From: an uncultured Chloroflexia bacterium
GTDB lineage: Bacteria; Chloroflexota; Limnocylindria; Limnocylindrales; CSP1-4
Assembly (NCBI GenBank): GCA_963720715.1
Contig: CAVRGM010000002.1
Span: forward strand, 220,446 to 284,445
Length of the DNA: 64,000 nt
Direction of reading: 5' to 3'
Positions within the stretch are counted from its first letter, which is position 1. Each line of letters begins with the position of its first letter. The notes beneath the pieces are model-generated. The model worked only from the letters and a program-made list of their open reading frames with translations. It did no database searches and had not been told where the DNA came from. Positions 9,286-18,825 of the stretch are shown one piece after another. The translations under genes were made by a program, and so were the position numbers.

Positions 9286-9732
9286 TCAGAGGGCCCCGCG
9301 ATCGAACCAGATGCGCTCCCCGCCGAATCGTCGGGCGGATGGGTCCCACGGGAACTCGATGATGACCTCGAGTGTCATGGCCAGTCCGGACGGCGCCACA
9401 CCCGCCCATGGACCTTCGTTCGTCGCGGTCAGCGTCGCCACCTCGAACACACCCTGTGGCCCGATGACGATCTCGGATAGCGCGAACGCGTTGTCAGGAA
9501 AGGCCGCGAACAACTCCGTGTAGAAGGATCGAGCGCCCGAATGACCGAGCCAGCGTTGTCGGGTCGGCACGATCTCGTAGACACAGTCCTCCGCGAGCGT
9601 GGCGATCAGTCCGTCGATGTCGCGCAGGTCCTCCGCGATCGAATGGCGGACCCAGAGCTTCTTGATCCGACGGAGCTCGACCGGGTCGAACGGGCGGGCC
9701 AGTCGGCTCCGGATCGACGGACGGTCGGGCAT
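9286..9732 (-). CDS. SnoaL-like / ester cyclase (NTF2 fold)
   Basis: FYTELFAAFPD, GPWAGVAPSG and GERIWFD. Confidence 0.8.
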   Translation of the reverse strand: MPDRPSIRSRLARPFDPVELRRIKKLWVRHSIAEDLRDIDGLIATLAEDCVYEIVPTRQRWLGHSGARSFYTELFAAFPDNAFALSEIVIGPQGVFEVATLTATNEGPWAGVAPSGLAMTLEVIIEFPWDPSARRFGGERIWFDRGAL

Positions 9733-9739
9733 CCGACTC

Positions 9740-10999
9740 TCAGCGGCCGGCCGCGATGCGCCCGAGCGCCTCGATGGTTCGGTCGACCTCGGCCGGCGTG
9801 TTGTAGTGGACGAGCCCGAGCCGCAGGACACCGCCGATATCCGCCTTGCCCAGGCGCTCGATCAGGCCGGTCGCGTAGAAGTCGCCGTCCCAGACATAGA
9901 TCCCCTCCTGGCCGAGTGCTTCGGCAGCGGTCCGTGGTGCGATGCCATCGACCGACACCGACACGGTCGGGACCCGCGCATCGAACCGGGCATGGTCGGT
10001 GATCCCGTGGATGGTCACCTCTGGGATGCGCTCGAGACCGTCGATCAGGCGGGTCACGAGCACCCGTTCGTGGGCGGCGATCGCGGACATCGCCGCGATG
10101 AGTTCGCCGCGCCGCTCGCTAACCCCGGTGACCCCGACCCGGTCCCCGTACCGGCGTCCGACCTCACGCAGGTAGTCGGTCGCGGCCAGTGTCCCGGCGA
10201 TCGATTCGAATGACTGCGTCCCGGTCTCCCAGCGGTCGTGCGCCGGCCGGACCTTGAATGCCGGTAGCCGGTCCAGGACCTCGGCCTTCCCGTACAACGC
10301 GCCGAGATGTGGACCGAACCACTTGTACGCCGAGCAGACCAGGAAGTCGGTGTCGAGGGCGGTCACGTCGATGGGACCGTGCGGCGCATAGGCGACCGCG
10401 TCGACGTAGGTGAGCGCCCCGACCTCGTGCGCTCGTGCCACGATCTCGCCGACCGGGTTGATCGTTCCGACCGCGTTGCTGGCGTAGCCCACCGCGACCA
10501 ACTTGGTCTTCGACGACAGCTTCGCCTCGAGGTCCTCAAGATCCAGGGTCACGTCATCCAGGCGGATGTCCACCGTCTGGACGGTCACACCCCGGTCGGC
10601 TGCCATGGCCCGCCAGGTGCTGACATTGGCCTCGTGATCGAGCGTCGTCACGAGGATCTCGTCGCCCGGACCCAACGTCGTCCCGATCGATCGGCCGATC
10701 TGGAACGTCAGGCTGGTCATGTTCTGACCGAACTTGATCTCGTCGGGATCGGCGGCACCGAGGAAGTCGGCCACAGCGGCGTGGGCCTCGGCGACGATCG
10801 CGTCGGACAGCCGGCTCGTGGTGAATGCACCGTCGGCGTTGGCGTTGGCGTCACGGTAGTAGCCGGCGACGGCATCGATGACCCGCTGCGGGACCTGGGT
10901 GCCGCCCGGCCCGTCGAGGAACGCGACTGGGCGGCCATCCTGTTCGCGGGCGAGGGCCGGGAATTCGGACCGGATCGCATCGACGTCGAAGGCGGGCAT
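9740..10999 (-). CDS. Cysteine desulfurase-like PLP enzyme (aminotransferase class V, VC1184-like)
   Basis: FLDGPGGTQVP, DHEAN, DAV, and CSAYKWFGPH carrying the PLP lysine. Confidence 0.9.
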   Translation of the reverse strand: MPAFDVDAIRSEFPALAREQDGRPVAFLDGPGGTQVPQRVIDAVAGYYRDANANADGAFTTSRLSDAIVAEAHAAVADFLGAADPDEIKFGQNMTSLTFQIGRSIGTTLGPGDEILVTTLDHEANVSTWRAMAADRGVTVQTVDIRLDDVTLDLEDLEAKLSSKTKLVAVGYASNAVGTINPVGEIVARAHEVGALTYVDAVAYAPHGPIDVTALDTDFLVCSAYKWFGPHLGALYGKAEVLDRLPAFKVRPAHDRWETGTQSFESIAGTLAATDYLREVGRRYGDRVGVTGVSERRGELIAAMSAIAAHERVLVTRLIDGLERIPEVTIHGITDHARFDARVPTVSVSVDGIAPRTAAEALGQEGIYVWDGDFYATGLIERLGKADIGGVLRLGLVHYNTPAEVDRTIEALGRIAAGR

Positions 11000-11080
11000 C
11001 GGTGGCGGAAACCTCGGCTGCGGTGCTGGAACGCGAGGGTACCCGACCGGTGGCGCCCAGATGGGACGGTGGCGGTGACC

Positions 11081-12130
11081 TTACGGCAGACGGCCGAACC
11101 AGACGGCCGACATCGCCGCTCCGGCAACGACCAGGATGAGTCCGGCTGCCACCAGAGCGAACGTCACTTCCTGGCGTTCCTCGGTGTATCCGACCCGGGA
11201 CTCCAGGTTGTCGTAGACGCTGGCCAGGTCCTGCGCGGTCGGTGCGTCGAACGCGGTTCCACCGGTCCGATCGGCGATCTGCTGCAGCGTTTCCGTGTCG
11301 GGCGGAACGTCGAGGGTGACCATCTGGCCGAATCCATCGCGGACCTGGACCGTACCGTTGGCAGTGCCGAGGGCGATGGTGTAGATCGGGACGCCGAGCG
11401 AGCTGGCCCGGTCAGCGGCGTCGAGCGGCTGGGCCTGGCCGACGGAATTGGCGCCATCCGACAGCAGGATCGCGGCGACCAGCGGCTGGCCGGACGGCTG
11501 GTCGACCGGGCCGTTCGGATCCGCCGACGAGGACGGGTCTGCGCTGGCATCCGGAGCCGCCGTCGTATCGGGTGTCTCCGCCTGGTCCGCCTGGATCTGC
11601 TCGGCGATGTCGAGGACCTGCATCAGGGCGTCGCCCATGGCCGTGCCATCACGGGCGGCGAGGCTGTCGATTGCCGATCGCAATCGCTCCCGGTCCGCGG
11701 TCGGTTCGACCAGGGTGATCGGCTGCGAGGCGAACGCCACGATCCCGACCCGGACATCTTCCGGGAGCTGGTCGATGAACGACAGGGCCGCGGCTTTCGC
11801 CGCGTCGAGGCGGGTCGGCGAGACATCGGTCGCACGCATCGAACCGGACACGTCCATGGCCAGGATCACACTGGCATCGTCCCGGGGGACAGGCACGACC
11901 ATCGTCGGTCGGGCGAGCCCGATCAGCAGGGCCGCGATCGCGCCGAGGTAGAGGACCGGAGGCAGATGGCGGCGCCAGGACGGTCGCTTGACCGCCAGGT
12001 TGGCCAGCAGGTCGAGGTTCGTGAAGCGCACGGCGTATCTGGTCCGTCGGCGCTGCGCCCACACGTAGAAGGCGATCGCGACAGGGATGAGGAGGAGGCC
12101 GAGCAGCATCGTCGGAGCGAGGAAATTCAT
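11081..12130 (-). CDS. vWA-domain membrane protein (BatA-like)
   Basis: MIDAS DVSGSM, LLSDG, N- and C-terminal transmembrane helices. Confidence 0.9.
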   Translation of the reverse strand: MNFLAPTMLLGLLLIPVAIAFYVWAQRRRTRYAVRFTNLDLLANLAVKRPSWRRHLPPVLYLGAIAALLIGLARPTMVVPVPRDDASVILAMDVSGSMRATDVSPTRLDAAKAAALSFIDQLPEDVRVGIVAFASQPITLVEPTADRERLRSAIDSLAARDGTAMGDALMQVLDIAEQIQADQAETPDTTAAPDASADPSSSADPNGPVDQPSGQPLVAAILLSDGANSVGQAQPLDAADRASSLGVPIYTIALGTANGTVQVRDGFGQMVTLDVPPDTETLQQIADRTGGTAFDAPTAQDLASVYDNLESRVGYTEERQEVTFALVAAGLILVVAGAAMSAVWFGRLP

Positions 12131-13104
12131 GCGATTCGTCCTGTACGGTCGGGGTTTCGGGAGAAGCCCTGGGCAAGGGTCGGAAGCCAGGGGCCATCAG
12201 TGGACAATCGGAGGTGGCGGATCGCCAGCCGTCGGAATTCGCGGGCGAGCGAGGCGCGCTCCGCGGCGGCCGCCTGGTCGAACGCGGCACGCAGGCCACG
12301 ATCGCCGGTGTCGACCCGGAGCGAACGGCCGGTCTCCGGATCGACCATCGTCAGGTCGCCGACGTCCACGAGTCGTTCCTCGCGAGGATCGAAGATCTCG
12401 AGTGCGACGACCGTATGCCGGCCGGCGACCTCGGTCAGCGTCGGGACCCAGTCACGCGGACCGCGAAAGTCGGACACGACGATCACCACGCCCGGGGTGC
12501 TGCGGACGGCACCGATGAGCGCGAGGGCGCGGCTGGGTGAGGTCTGGCCGGCGTCCCCTTCGGTCGGCTCTTCAGCGACCGCTCGAAGCAGGCCCAGCAG
12601 GCCGCGGCGCCCACCGACCGGCGGGCTGACCTGCTCGCGTCCGGCACCGAAGGTCACGACTCCCAGTCGGTTGCCGCGCCGGGCGGCGAAGCGTCCGACG
12701 ACCAGGGCGGCCCCCTCGGCGACGTCCGCCTTGCGACGGTCGGCGGTCCCGAATTGCATGGAAGGTGACTGATCGAGCAACAGCCAGGCCGAGAGCTGCC
12801 GGTCGGGCACGTCCTCGCGAACCTGCGGGACGGTCGTCCGCGCCGTGGCGTTCCAGTCGATCTTGCGCACGTCGTCACCGGGTTCGTACGGCCGGACCCG
12901 GTCGAGTTCGAGACCCGTGCCGCGCCCGATCCCCAGGTGGTCGCCGCTCATCCGGCCGCCGACGCGCCGTTCGAGACTCAGCTCGAGCTGGCGGACCAGC
13001 TGATCGGCGATCGGGCCTGGCCCCGGTCTGGCCGGTGTCCGCTGACGCCCACCGATCAGGGCCAGATCCGACGGGCGACGGGCCACCGGTGTGGCCACCG
13101 TCAT
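12127..13104 (-). CDS. DUF58 protein
   Basis: RPYEPGDDVRKIDWNATAR, DQSPSM and VVSDF. Confidence 0.9.
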   Translation of the reverse strand: MTVATPVARRPSDLALIGGRQRTPARPGPGPIADQLVRQLELSLERRVGGRMSGDHLGIGRGTGLELDRVRPYEPGDDVRKIDWNATARTTVPQVREDVPDRQLSAWLLLDQSPSMQFGTADRRKADVAEGAALVVGRFAARRGNRLGVVTFGAGREQVSPPVGGRRGLLGLLRAVAEEPTEGDAGQTSPSRALALIGAVRSTPGVVIVVSDFRGPRDWVPTLTEVAGRHTVVALEIFDPREERLVDVGDLTMVDPETGRSLRVDTGDRGLRAAFDQAAAAERASLAREFRRLAIRHLRLSTDGPWLPTLAQGFSRNPDRTGRIA

Positions 13105-14138
13105 GCGGTCGGCTCCATCGCCATCTCGAGGCGTGGTGCCGGCACCAGCTGGACGACGCGCTCGATGACCGTGTCGGCGGTGATGCCATCGGCCAGCGCG
13201 CTGTAGCTCATGACCAGCCGGTGACGCAGCACGTCCGGGGCCAGCGCGACGATGTCGGATGGCAGGACGTACCGCCGACCATGGAGCAGGGCCATGGCAC
13301 GCGCGCCATGGATGAGGTTGATCGAGCCGCGCGGGCTGGCGCCGTAGGAGACGTAACTGTCCAGCTCCGGTGCGCCCCAGTACGTGAGCTTGCGCGTGGC
13401 CTCCACGAGACCGACCGCGTAGCTGATCAGGCGCGGGTCGACATAGACCTCGAACACGGACTGCTGGAGGCGAATGAGCCCGGCCGCATCAAGGATCTCG
13501 CGCGGTGGGGTCATCGGCACGAGCGAGCGGGCCACGATCTGGGCCTCGTCGGTCGGATTCGGATAGTCCAGCAGGATCTTGAGCATGAACCGGTCGACCT
13601 GGGCTTCGGGCAACGGATAGGTCCCCTCGGCCTCGATGGGGTTTTCCGTGGCCAGGACGAGGAACGGGGTCGGGACCTTGAACGTGTCATGGCCGATCGT
13701 GACCTGGTGTTCCTGCATGACCTCGAGCAGCGCCGACTGGACCTTGGCCGGGGCTCGGTTGATCTCATCGGCGAGGAGGAAGTTCGCGAAGACGGGTCCT
13801 TGCTCGACCGCGAAGGTGGCCTGGTCCGGGCGATAGATCCGGGTCCCGACCAGGTCGGACGGCATGAGGTCCGGGGTGAACTGGATCCGCTTGAACGAGC
13901 CACCAAGGACCTCGGCCAGGGTCTTGATGGTCAAGGTCTTGGCCAGTCCCGGGACGCCTTCGAGCAGCACGTGTCCGCCGCTCAGCAGGCCCACGAGGAT
14001 CCGCTCGAGCATCGCGTCCTGGCCGACGATGACTCGTCGGACCTCGAACAGGATGGCCTCCGCCGTCGCCCGCGGGTCGGTCGGGTCGGGCAGGGCGTGG
14101 AGGTCGGTGGCGGACGGATTCGAGCGCTGATCGGTCAT
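13101..14138 (-). CDS. moxR: MoxR-family AAA+ ATPase
   Basis: EGVPGLAKT, RIQFTPDLMPSD, DEINRAPAKVQSALLE and GTYPLPEAQVDRF. Confidence 0.95.
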   Translation of the reverse strand: MTDQRSNPSATDLHALPDPTDPRATAEAILFEVRRVIVGQDAMLERILVGLLSGGHVLLEGVPGLAKTLTIKTLAEVLGGSFKRIQFTPDLMPSDLVGTRIYRPDQATFAVEQGPVFANFLLADEINRAPAKVQSALLEVMQEHQVTIGHDTFKVPTPFLVLATENPIEAEGTYPLPEAQVDRFMLKILLDYPNPTDEAQIVARSLVPMTPPREILDAAGLIRLQQSVFEVYVDPRLISYAVGLVEATRKLTYWGAPELDSYVSYGASPRGSINLIHGARAMALLHGRRYVLPSDIVALAPDVLRHRLVMSYSALADGITADTVIERVVQLVPAPRLEMAMEPTA

Positions 14139-14184
14139 GAGTGGTCTCCGCAGACGAGAGTTCGGGAACCCCATGAACGGGGCG

Positions 14185-14226
14185 TTTCCCTGACGGTCGC
14201 GGAGATTTCTGAGTGTTTCCTGAGAA
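14185..14226 (-). promoter_or_regulatory. Direct-repeat operator upstream of moxR (CTCAG repeats 11 bp apart)
   Basis: Minus strand reads TCTCAGGA-AAC-ACTCAGAA, plus a third GTCAGGGAAA. The spacing is typical of OmpR/PhoB-family boxes. Confidence 0.5.
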
Positions 14227-14311
14227 CGTCCGGGGGCCGGGTGGAGATTCCGAAACCTCCGGCCGTGGCGCCGGTCTGGCGAGCGTGGCGTGCGGCTCGC
14301 GCCCGGCCGGT

Positions 14312-15667
14312 CTAGTGCTCGGTGCCCCCCGTGAACGTCCAGCCCTCGATCCGAACGGCCGGCACCACCACGCCGCCGAGGAAGCCCTTGAGCGTCCGGC
14401 GATCATCGGCCACGGCCACGATCCCAGCCAGCGCATCGAGGTAACTCTGCGTATAGCGGAGATTGCGGACCGGCCCGACGATCCGTCCGCCCTCGACGAG
14501 GAACGTCCCATCTCGGGTCATCCCGGTGACGATGGCGAGCTTGGGGTGGACCGGGTTCGTGTAGTGGAAGCGAGTGACCAGCAGCCCCCGATCAAGCCCA
14601 CCGATGAGGGCTTCGCGAGACGTCATGCCCGGATCCATCACCATGTTGAGTGGGAACGGTCCCCACGGGTTTGGTGCCGGCAGGCCGTGCCCGGTGGAGG
14701 ACACGCCGCCGCGTGCGGCGGTCTGGGCGTCATAGACCACGTCGCGACAGACGCCTTGCTCGACCAGGGAGACACGCTGCTTGGCGACGCCCTCGAAGTC
14801 GAAGGCGAGAGGCAGGCCGGCCGGATCGTAGCCGTCATCGGCGATGGTGACCAGGTCACTGCCGATCCGACGGCCGGGCTCGGCGAAGCTCCGACCCTCC
14901 TGCACGGCCAGCGCCGAGAACCCGAGGTACCCGAGCATGTCGACGATGTCCACGACGGCGTATTCCTCGAGGACGACCGGGTAGTCGCCCGGTTCGATGG
15001 AGATCGCCTCGGCGGTGGCGCGCGCCTTGCCGGACGCTTCACGACCGATCGCACCCGGGTCGATCGTCGACACGTCGACTGCCGCGGCCTCCGCATAGCC
15101 GCTCCCGCCGCCAGGACCCATCGACACGGTGATGAGCTGTGACGACGTCCTGGTGCCGCTCGCCCGGACCCCGTTCGAATTCGCCACCGCCATGGACTCG
15201 AGGCTGGTCGCGAGCGATCCGTAGGCCGTCACCCCGACGAGGTCGGCAGCGGCGATGACCGCCCGGACCGCCTCGGCCCGGAGGTCGGGACTGGCTGACG
15301 CGGTCGTCTGGCTGTACGCCTCCGGCACCTCGCGGATCTCGGTCGCCTCCGGCAGCCCGCCCCAGTCCTCGAGTTCCTCAACGACCCGGGCGATGGCCGT
15401 CGCATCCTCGGCCAATCGGCGGATGCCTTCGCGGTCCGTCCGGCCGGACGAAGCCACCCCGACCCGCTGGCCGACCACGACCCGCAGGTTGATGCTCACG
15501 TTCGTTTCGGCCACGTTCTGATGGATCTCGCTGTTGGCGAATCGGGTCAGGGCGGCGTCGTCGGCGGTGACCAGCGCCTCTGCCTCGGTGACCCCATCAC
15601 GAAGCGTCTCGGCGAGGACGGCCTCGGCCAGGGCCAGCGCGTCCGCCGCTCGATCGTCGTGGATCAC
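14312..15667 (-). CDS. TldE/PmbA-family protein
   Basis: TRFANSEIHQN, FDFEG and TGMTRDG; follows tldD; GTG start at 15667. Confidence 0.9.
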   Translation of the reverse strand: MIHDDRAADALALAEAVLAETLRDGVTEAEALVTADDAALTRFANSEIHQNVAETNVSINLRVVVGQRVGVASSGRTDREGIRRLAEDATAIARVVEELEDWGGLPEATEIREVPEAYSQTTASASPDLRAEAVRAVIAAADLVGVTAYGSLATSLESMAVANSNGVRASGTRTSSQLITVSMGPGGGSGYAEAAAVDVSTIDPGAIGREASGKARATAEAISIEPGDYPVVLEEYAVVDIVDMLGYLGFSALAVQEGRSFAEPGRRIGSDLVTIADDGYDPAGLPLAFDFEGVAKQRVSLVEQGVCRDVVYDAQTAARGGVSSTGHGLPAPNPWGPFPLNMVMDPGMTSREALIGGLDRGLLVTRFHYTNPVHPKLAIVTGMTRDGTFLVEGGRIVGPVRNLRYTQSYLDALAGIVAVADDRRTLKGFLGGVVVPAVRIEGWTFTGGTEH

Positions 15668-15677
15668 CGGCGTGCGC

Positions 15678-17126
15678 CTACCATTTGCCGACGCCGACCT
15701 GGACATTCCGGAACCGGGCGCCCGGGACCGCATGGCCGACGTGGCCGGTCTGGCCCGGCTCACCCTTGCCGCAGTTGGGCGTTCCGAGCATGACGTAGCT
15801 CGACTCGTCGCCGACCGCGTCGCATGACCGCCAGAACTCGTAGGTGATGCCGGTGTAGGTCGGGTTCTTGAACAGTCGACCCTTCTTGCCGCCCTTGATC
15901 TCGTAGGCGACCTCTGTCGCGAACTGGAAATTGAGGCGCCGGTCGTCGATCGACCAGGACCGGTTCGAGGCGAGGTACAGACCGTCGTCCGTGTCGGCCA
16001 CGATGTCGTCCAGGCTCATCCCGGGCTTTGGCAGCAGGTTGATGTTGGTCATGCGGATGAGCGGGATCCGGTTCCACCCGTCGGCCCGCATCGCGCCACC
16101 ACTCTGCCGGCCGATCCGGGGCGCCGTCTCCCGGCTGGACAGGTAGCCGACCAGGATCCCACCCTGGATCAGCGGCACGGCCTGGGCGGCCACGCCCTCG
16201 TCGTCCCAACCGAACGTGCCCATCCCGCCCGGCGCGGTGGCGTCGGCGACGATATCGATGAGGTCCGAGCCGTAGCGGAACCCGTCGTCGAGCTTGTCGG
16301 TCGTCAGGAAACTCGTCCCGGCGTACGACGCCTCGGTCCCGAACACGCGGTCAAGTTCGGTCGGGTGGCCACACAATTCATGGACCTGGAGGTACAGCTG
16401 GCTCGGGTCCAGGATGATCGTGAACCTGCCTGAGGGACATTGCGGGGCGGTCAATAGCTCGACCGCCTCTTCTGCCAGTGGTTCGGCCCGATCGGCCAGG
16501 CCCAGTCCGCGGATGTATTCGTAGCCGGCTGCCTGCCAGCCGCCGCCGGAGTCCGGGTAGCTCCGCCGCTGGTGCTCGTCCCCGTCGACGGCATTGGCCT
16601 CGACCGCGGCGCCGACATGGGTGATGACCTGTTCGGTCAGACTGCCGTCCGTCGCCGCGAATGTCTTCCACTCGCGCTGGGCCGCGTAGCTCGACTCCGT
16701 GTAGGCGATGCCCTTGACCGCGGCCGCCGCGCGGTCGGCGCCGAGCAGGTCCGCGATCTTCGTCTCGAGCGCTACGCCGAACGGATCCTCGAGGAGGGGC
16801 GTCTCGTAGGTGCCATGGGCGGCGGGTCGGTCGTCGAGTCGGGTCTGGTGACGAAGCGCGGTAGCGCTTGCCCGGGCGATCCGCACCGCCTCTCCGGCCA
16901 CCCGATCAGCTTCGGCGGCGGTCAGGATATGCGATGCCGCGAACCCCCAGGCGCCATCGACCAGGACGCGAACGCCGAAGCCCTCGTTCTCGCCGGAGGC
17001 GACACCCTCGACCCGCCCTGACTTGATCGCGATGCTCTCTTCGCGACGTCGGACGACGCGCACATCGGCATATGTGGCGCCTCTGGCAGTGGCCGTATCC
17101 AGGGCGCGTTCGGTCACGTCTCGCAT
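15678..17126 (-). CDS. tldD: TldD-family metalloprotease
   Basis: HELCGHPTELDR zinc motif, DDEG, RMTN and C-terminal CGKGEPGQ. Confidence 0.92.
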   Translation of the reverse strand: MRDVTERALDTATARGATYADVRVVRRREESIAIKSGRVEGVASGENEGFGVRVLVDGAWGFAASHILTAAEADRVAGEAVRIARASATALRHQTRLDDRPAAHGTYETPLLEDPFGVALETKIADLLGADRAAAAVKGIAYTESSYAAQREWKTFAATDGSLTEQVITHVGAAVEANAVDGDEHQRRSYPDSGGGWQAAGYEYIRGLGLADRAEPLAEEAVELLTAPQCPSGRFTIILDPSQLYLQVHELCGHPTELDRVFGTEASYAGTSFLTTDKLDDGFRYGSDLIDIVADATAPGGMGTFGWDDEGVAAQAVPLIQGGILVGYLSSRETAPRIGRQSGGAMRADGWNRIPLIRMTNINLLPKPGMSLDDIVADTDDGLYLASNRSWSIDDRRLNFQFATEVAYEIKGGKKGRLFKNPTYTGITYEFWRSCDAVGDESSYVMLGTPNCGKGEPGQTGHVGHAVPGARFRNVQVGVGKW

Positions 17127-17196
17127 GCGCGGCGGAGCCTACCAGAGCGATGACCGGCCGACATCATGGGCAAATGCCGTAGTGGGGTTCCGGCGT

Positions 17197-18825
17197 TCAC
17201 AACGTGGTGGTGCCTGCGACCGCCTGGACCGTCAGGTACAGGCCAAGGCCGAATACGAGGACGGCGGCGGCAAGCGGGACGTACGTGCTGGCCCGCCCCA
17301 GGGGCGATCGACGATCGACCCGATCGAGTCGGCCACGGGCCATGACCAGGGCGAAGCCGACGCCGCCAAGGACGACCGCCATGCCGATCCCGAAGGCGAC
17401 CACGAGGACGAACCCGAATGCGGGCCGCCCCGCTGCGATCGATCCGAGCAGGATGAGCAGGGCGCTCGTCGAGGGGATCAGCCCGCCGGCGAGGCCGAGC
17501 ACGAACAGGCTCCGCCAGGAGATCGTCGTGCCGCCTGGCGGCAGATGGCTGTGGCTGACGCCGCCGTGCTGATGCGCACCACCCGCGGCCACTGCGTGAT
17601 CGTGCTCGGGCTCGTGGTCATGGTCCTCGCCCGCAACGTGCGCCTGCTGATGGGCATCCGCCGCCGCCCGGGCCCGCCATCGCCGTCGACCTTCCGAGAA
17701 GAGCATCCAGCCGCCGATCAGGACGATCGAGATGGCAGCGACGATCGGGGCCGTCTTGACCACCAGGTCGGGCGCGAGGATCCCCTGTGCGCCCAGAACC
17801 ACGGCCGCCAGGACGAGGATGCCCAGGGTATGGGAGAAGGTCACCGAGAGGCCGAGTCCGACCGCATGCAGCGCGGTCCCGCGGGTCCCGACGAGATATG
17901 CAGCCATCAGCGTCTTGCCATGCCCCGGCGTCAGGGCGTGGCCGGCCCCGAGCGCGGCTGCGGTCAGGAGCGACACGATGAGCACCAGCGGCGACAGGTC
18001 CGCCGAGCGAAAGATCGCCGGGAGGTCGCCCGCGCCGACACCCCCGGGCACGACGGCCGCTGCCGGGGCCAGGTCCGGTTCGGCGGTCGACGTCGGTTTG
18101 GGTGCCGGCACCTCGTTCGCCGCCGCCGGGATCGCTGCCGGGATCAGGGGTTGCGCATCCGAGATGACGACCGGCTCCCGGATGGGACCGCCCGGCGAGA
18201 CGTCAAACGTCACTTCAATGTCGGCAAGCGCCTGGGTCAGGAGGTCGGTAGGGTACGACGTCAATCTGGCGGAGCTGCTGGTCGACCGCAGGTCATCGTC
18301 GCTGGAGATCGTCACACCGGAGCCCTGGACCACGATCTCACGCCAACCGAGACGGTCCGCGAACGATGGGTCGACGAAACGTACGGTCGTACCGGCCGTG
18401 AATCCATCCGGGACCGCGATGACGAACTCACACACGGAGCGCATCGTCGACAACCCACCGACGCCGGGCGGGAACGTCAGGCCGGTCGCCTCGAGGGCCG
18501 GCGCCTGGCGGATCCCACCGATCTCGATCCGAAGGTCATGCCCGAGCGAGGCGCAGAACGTCCGCCCGCCGGTGACGGCCTCGTCGTCGGAGATCTCGCC
18601 ATCTCCGTCCGCATCGATGTCGAGGCGGGTCTGGAACGTCGGGATCTCGGCCTGATCGACCACCACGTCGATGAGCACGCGATCCGGCTCCACCCGCAGG
18701 CCAGCGTAGTGATTGATCGTGAAATTGCCCAACGGGTGGGCGCTGGCCAGGGCGGGCAGCAGGAGCAGGCCTGCGACCGCCGCAAGGGCGGCCACGCTCC
18801 ACGTCGGGCGCCGACGCCGCCTCAT
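17197..18825 (-). CDS. NicO/RcnA-family Ni/Co transporter with extracytoplasmic N-terminal domain
   Basis: Signal peptide then HPLGNFTINHY; HALTPGHGKT; His-rich loop; GLAGGLIPS. Confidence 0.9.
   Translation of the reverse strand: MRRRRRPTWSVAALAAVAGLLLLPALASAHPLGNFTINHYAGLRVEPDRVLIDVVVDQAEIPTFQTRLDIDADGDGEISDDEAVTGGRTFCASLGHDLRIEIGGIRQAPALEATGLTFPPGVGGLSTMRSVCEFVIAVPDGFTAGTTVRFVDPSFADRLGWREIVVQGSGVTISSDDDLRSTSSSARLTSYPTDLLTQALADIEVTFDVSPGGPIREPVVISDAQPLIPAAIPAAANEVPAPKPTSTAEPDLAPAAAVVPGGVGAGDLPAIFRSADLSPLVLIVSLLTAAALGAGHALTPGHGKTLMAAYLVGTRGTALHAVGLGLSVTFSHTLGILVLAAVVLGAQGILAPDLVVKTAPIVAAISIVLIGGWMLFSEGRRRWRARAAADAHQQAHVAGEDHDHEPEHDHAVAAGGAHQHGGVSHSHLPPGGTTISWRSLFVLGLAGGLIPSTSALLILLGSIAAGRPAFGFVLVVAFGIGMAVVLGGVGFALVMARGRLDRVDRRSPLGRASTYVPLAAAVLVFGLGLYLTVQAVAGTTTL

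Noticed and set aside
10307-14315. Long plus-strand ORFs (821 aa and 516 aa)
   Set aside because: They are antisense to the desulfurase-like, vWA, DUF58 and moxR genes, with Arg/Gly-rich composition typical of high-GC shadow ORFs.
14312-17126. TldD/PmbA as part of a RiPP cluster
   Set aside because: No precursor peptide or YcaO/radical-SAM modification genes are nearby, so it is probably housekeeping.
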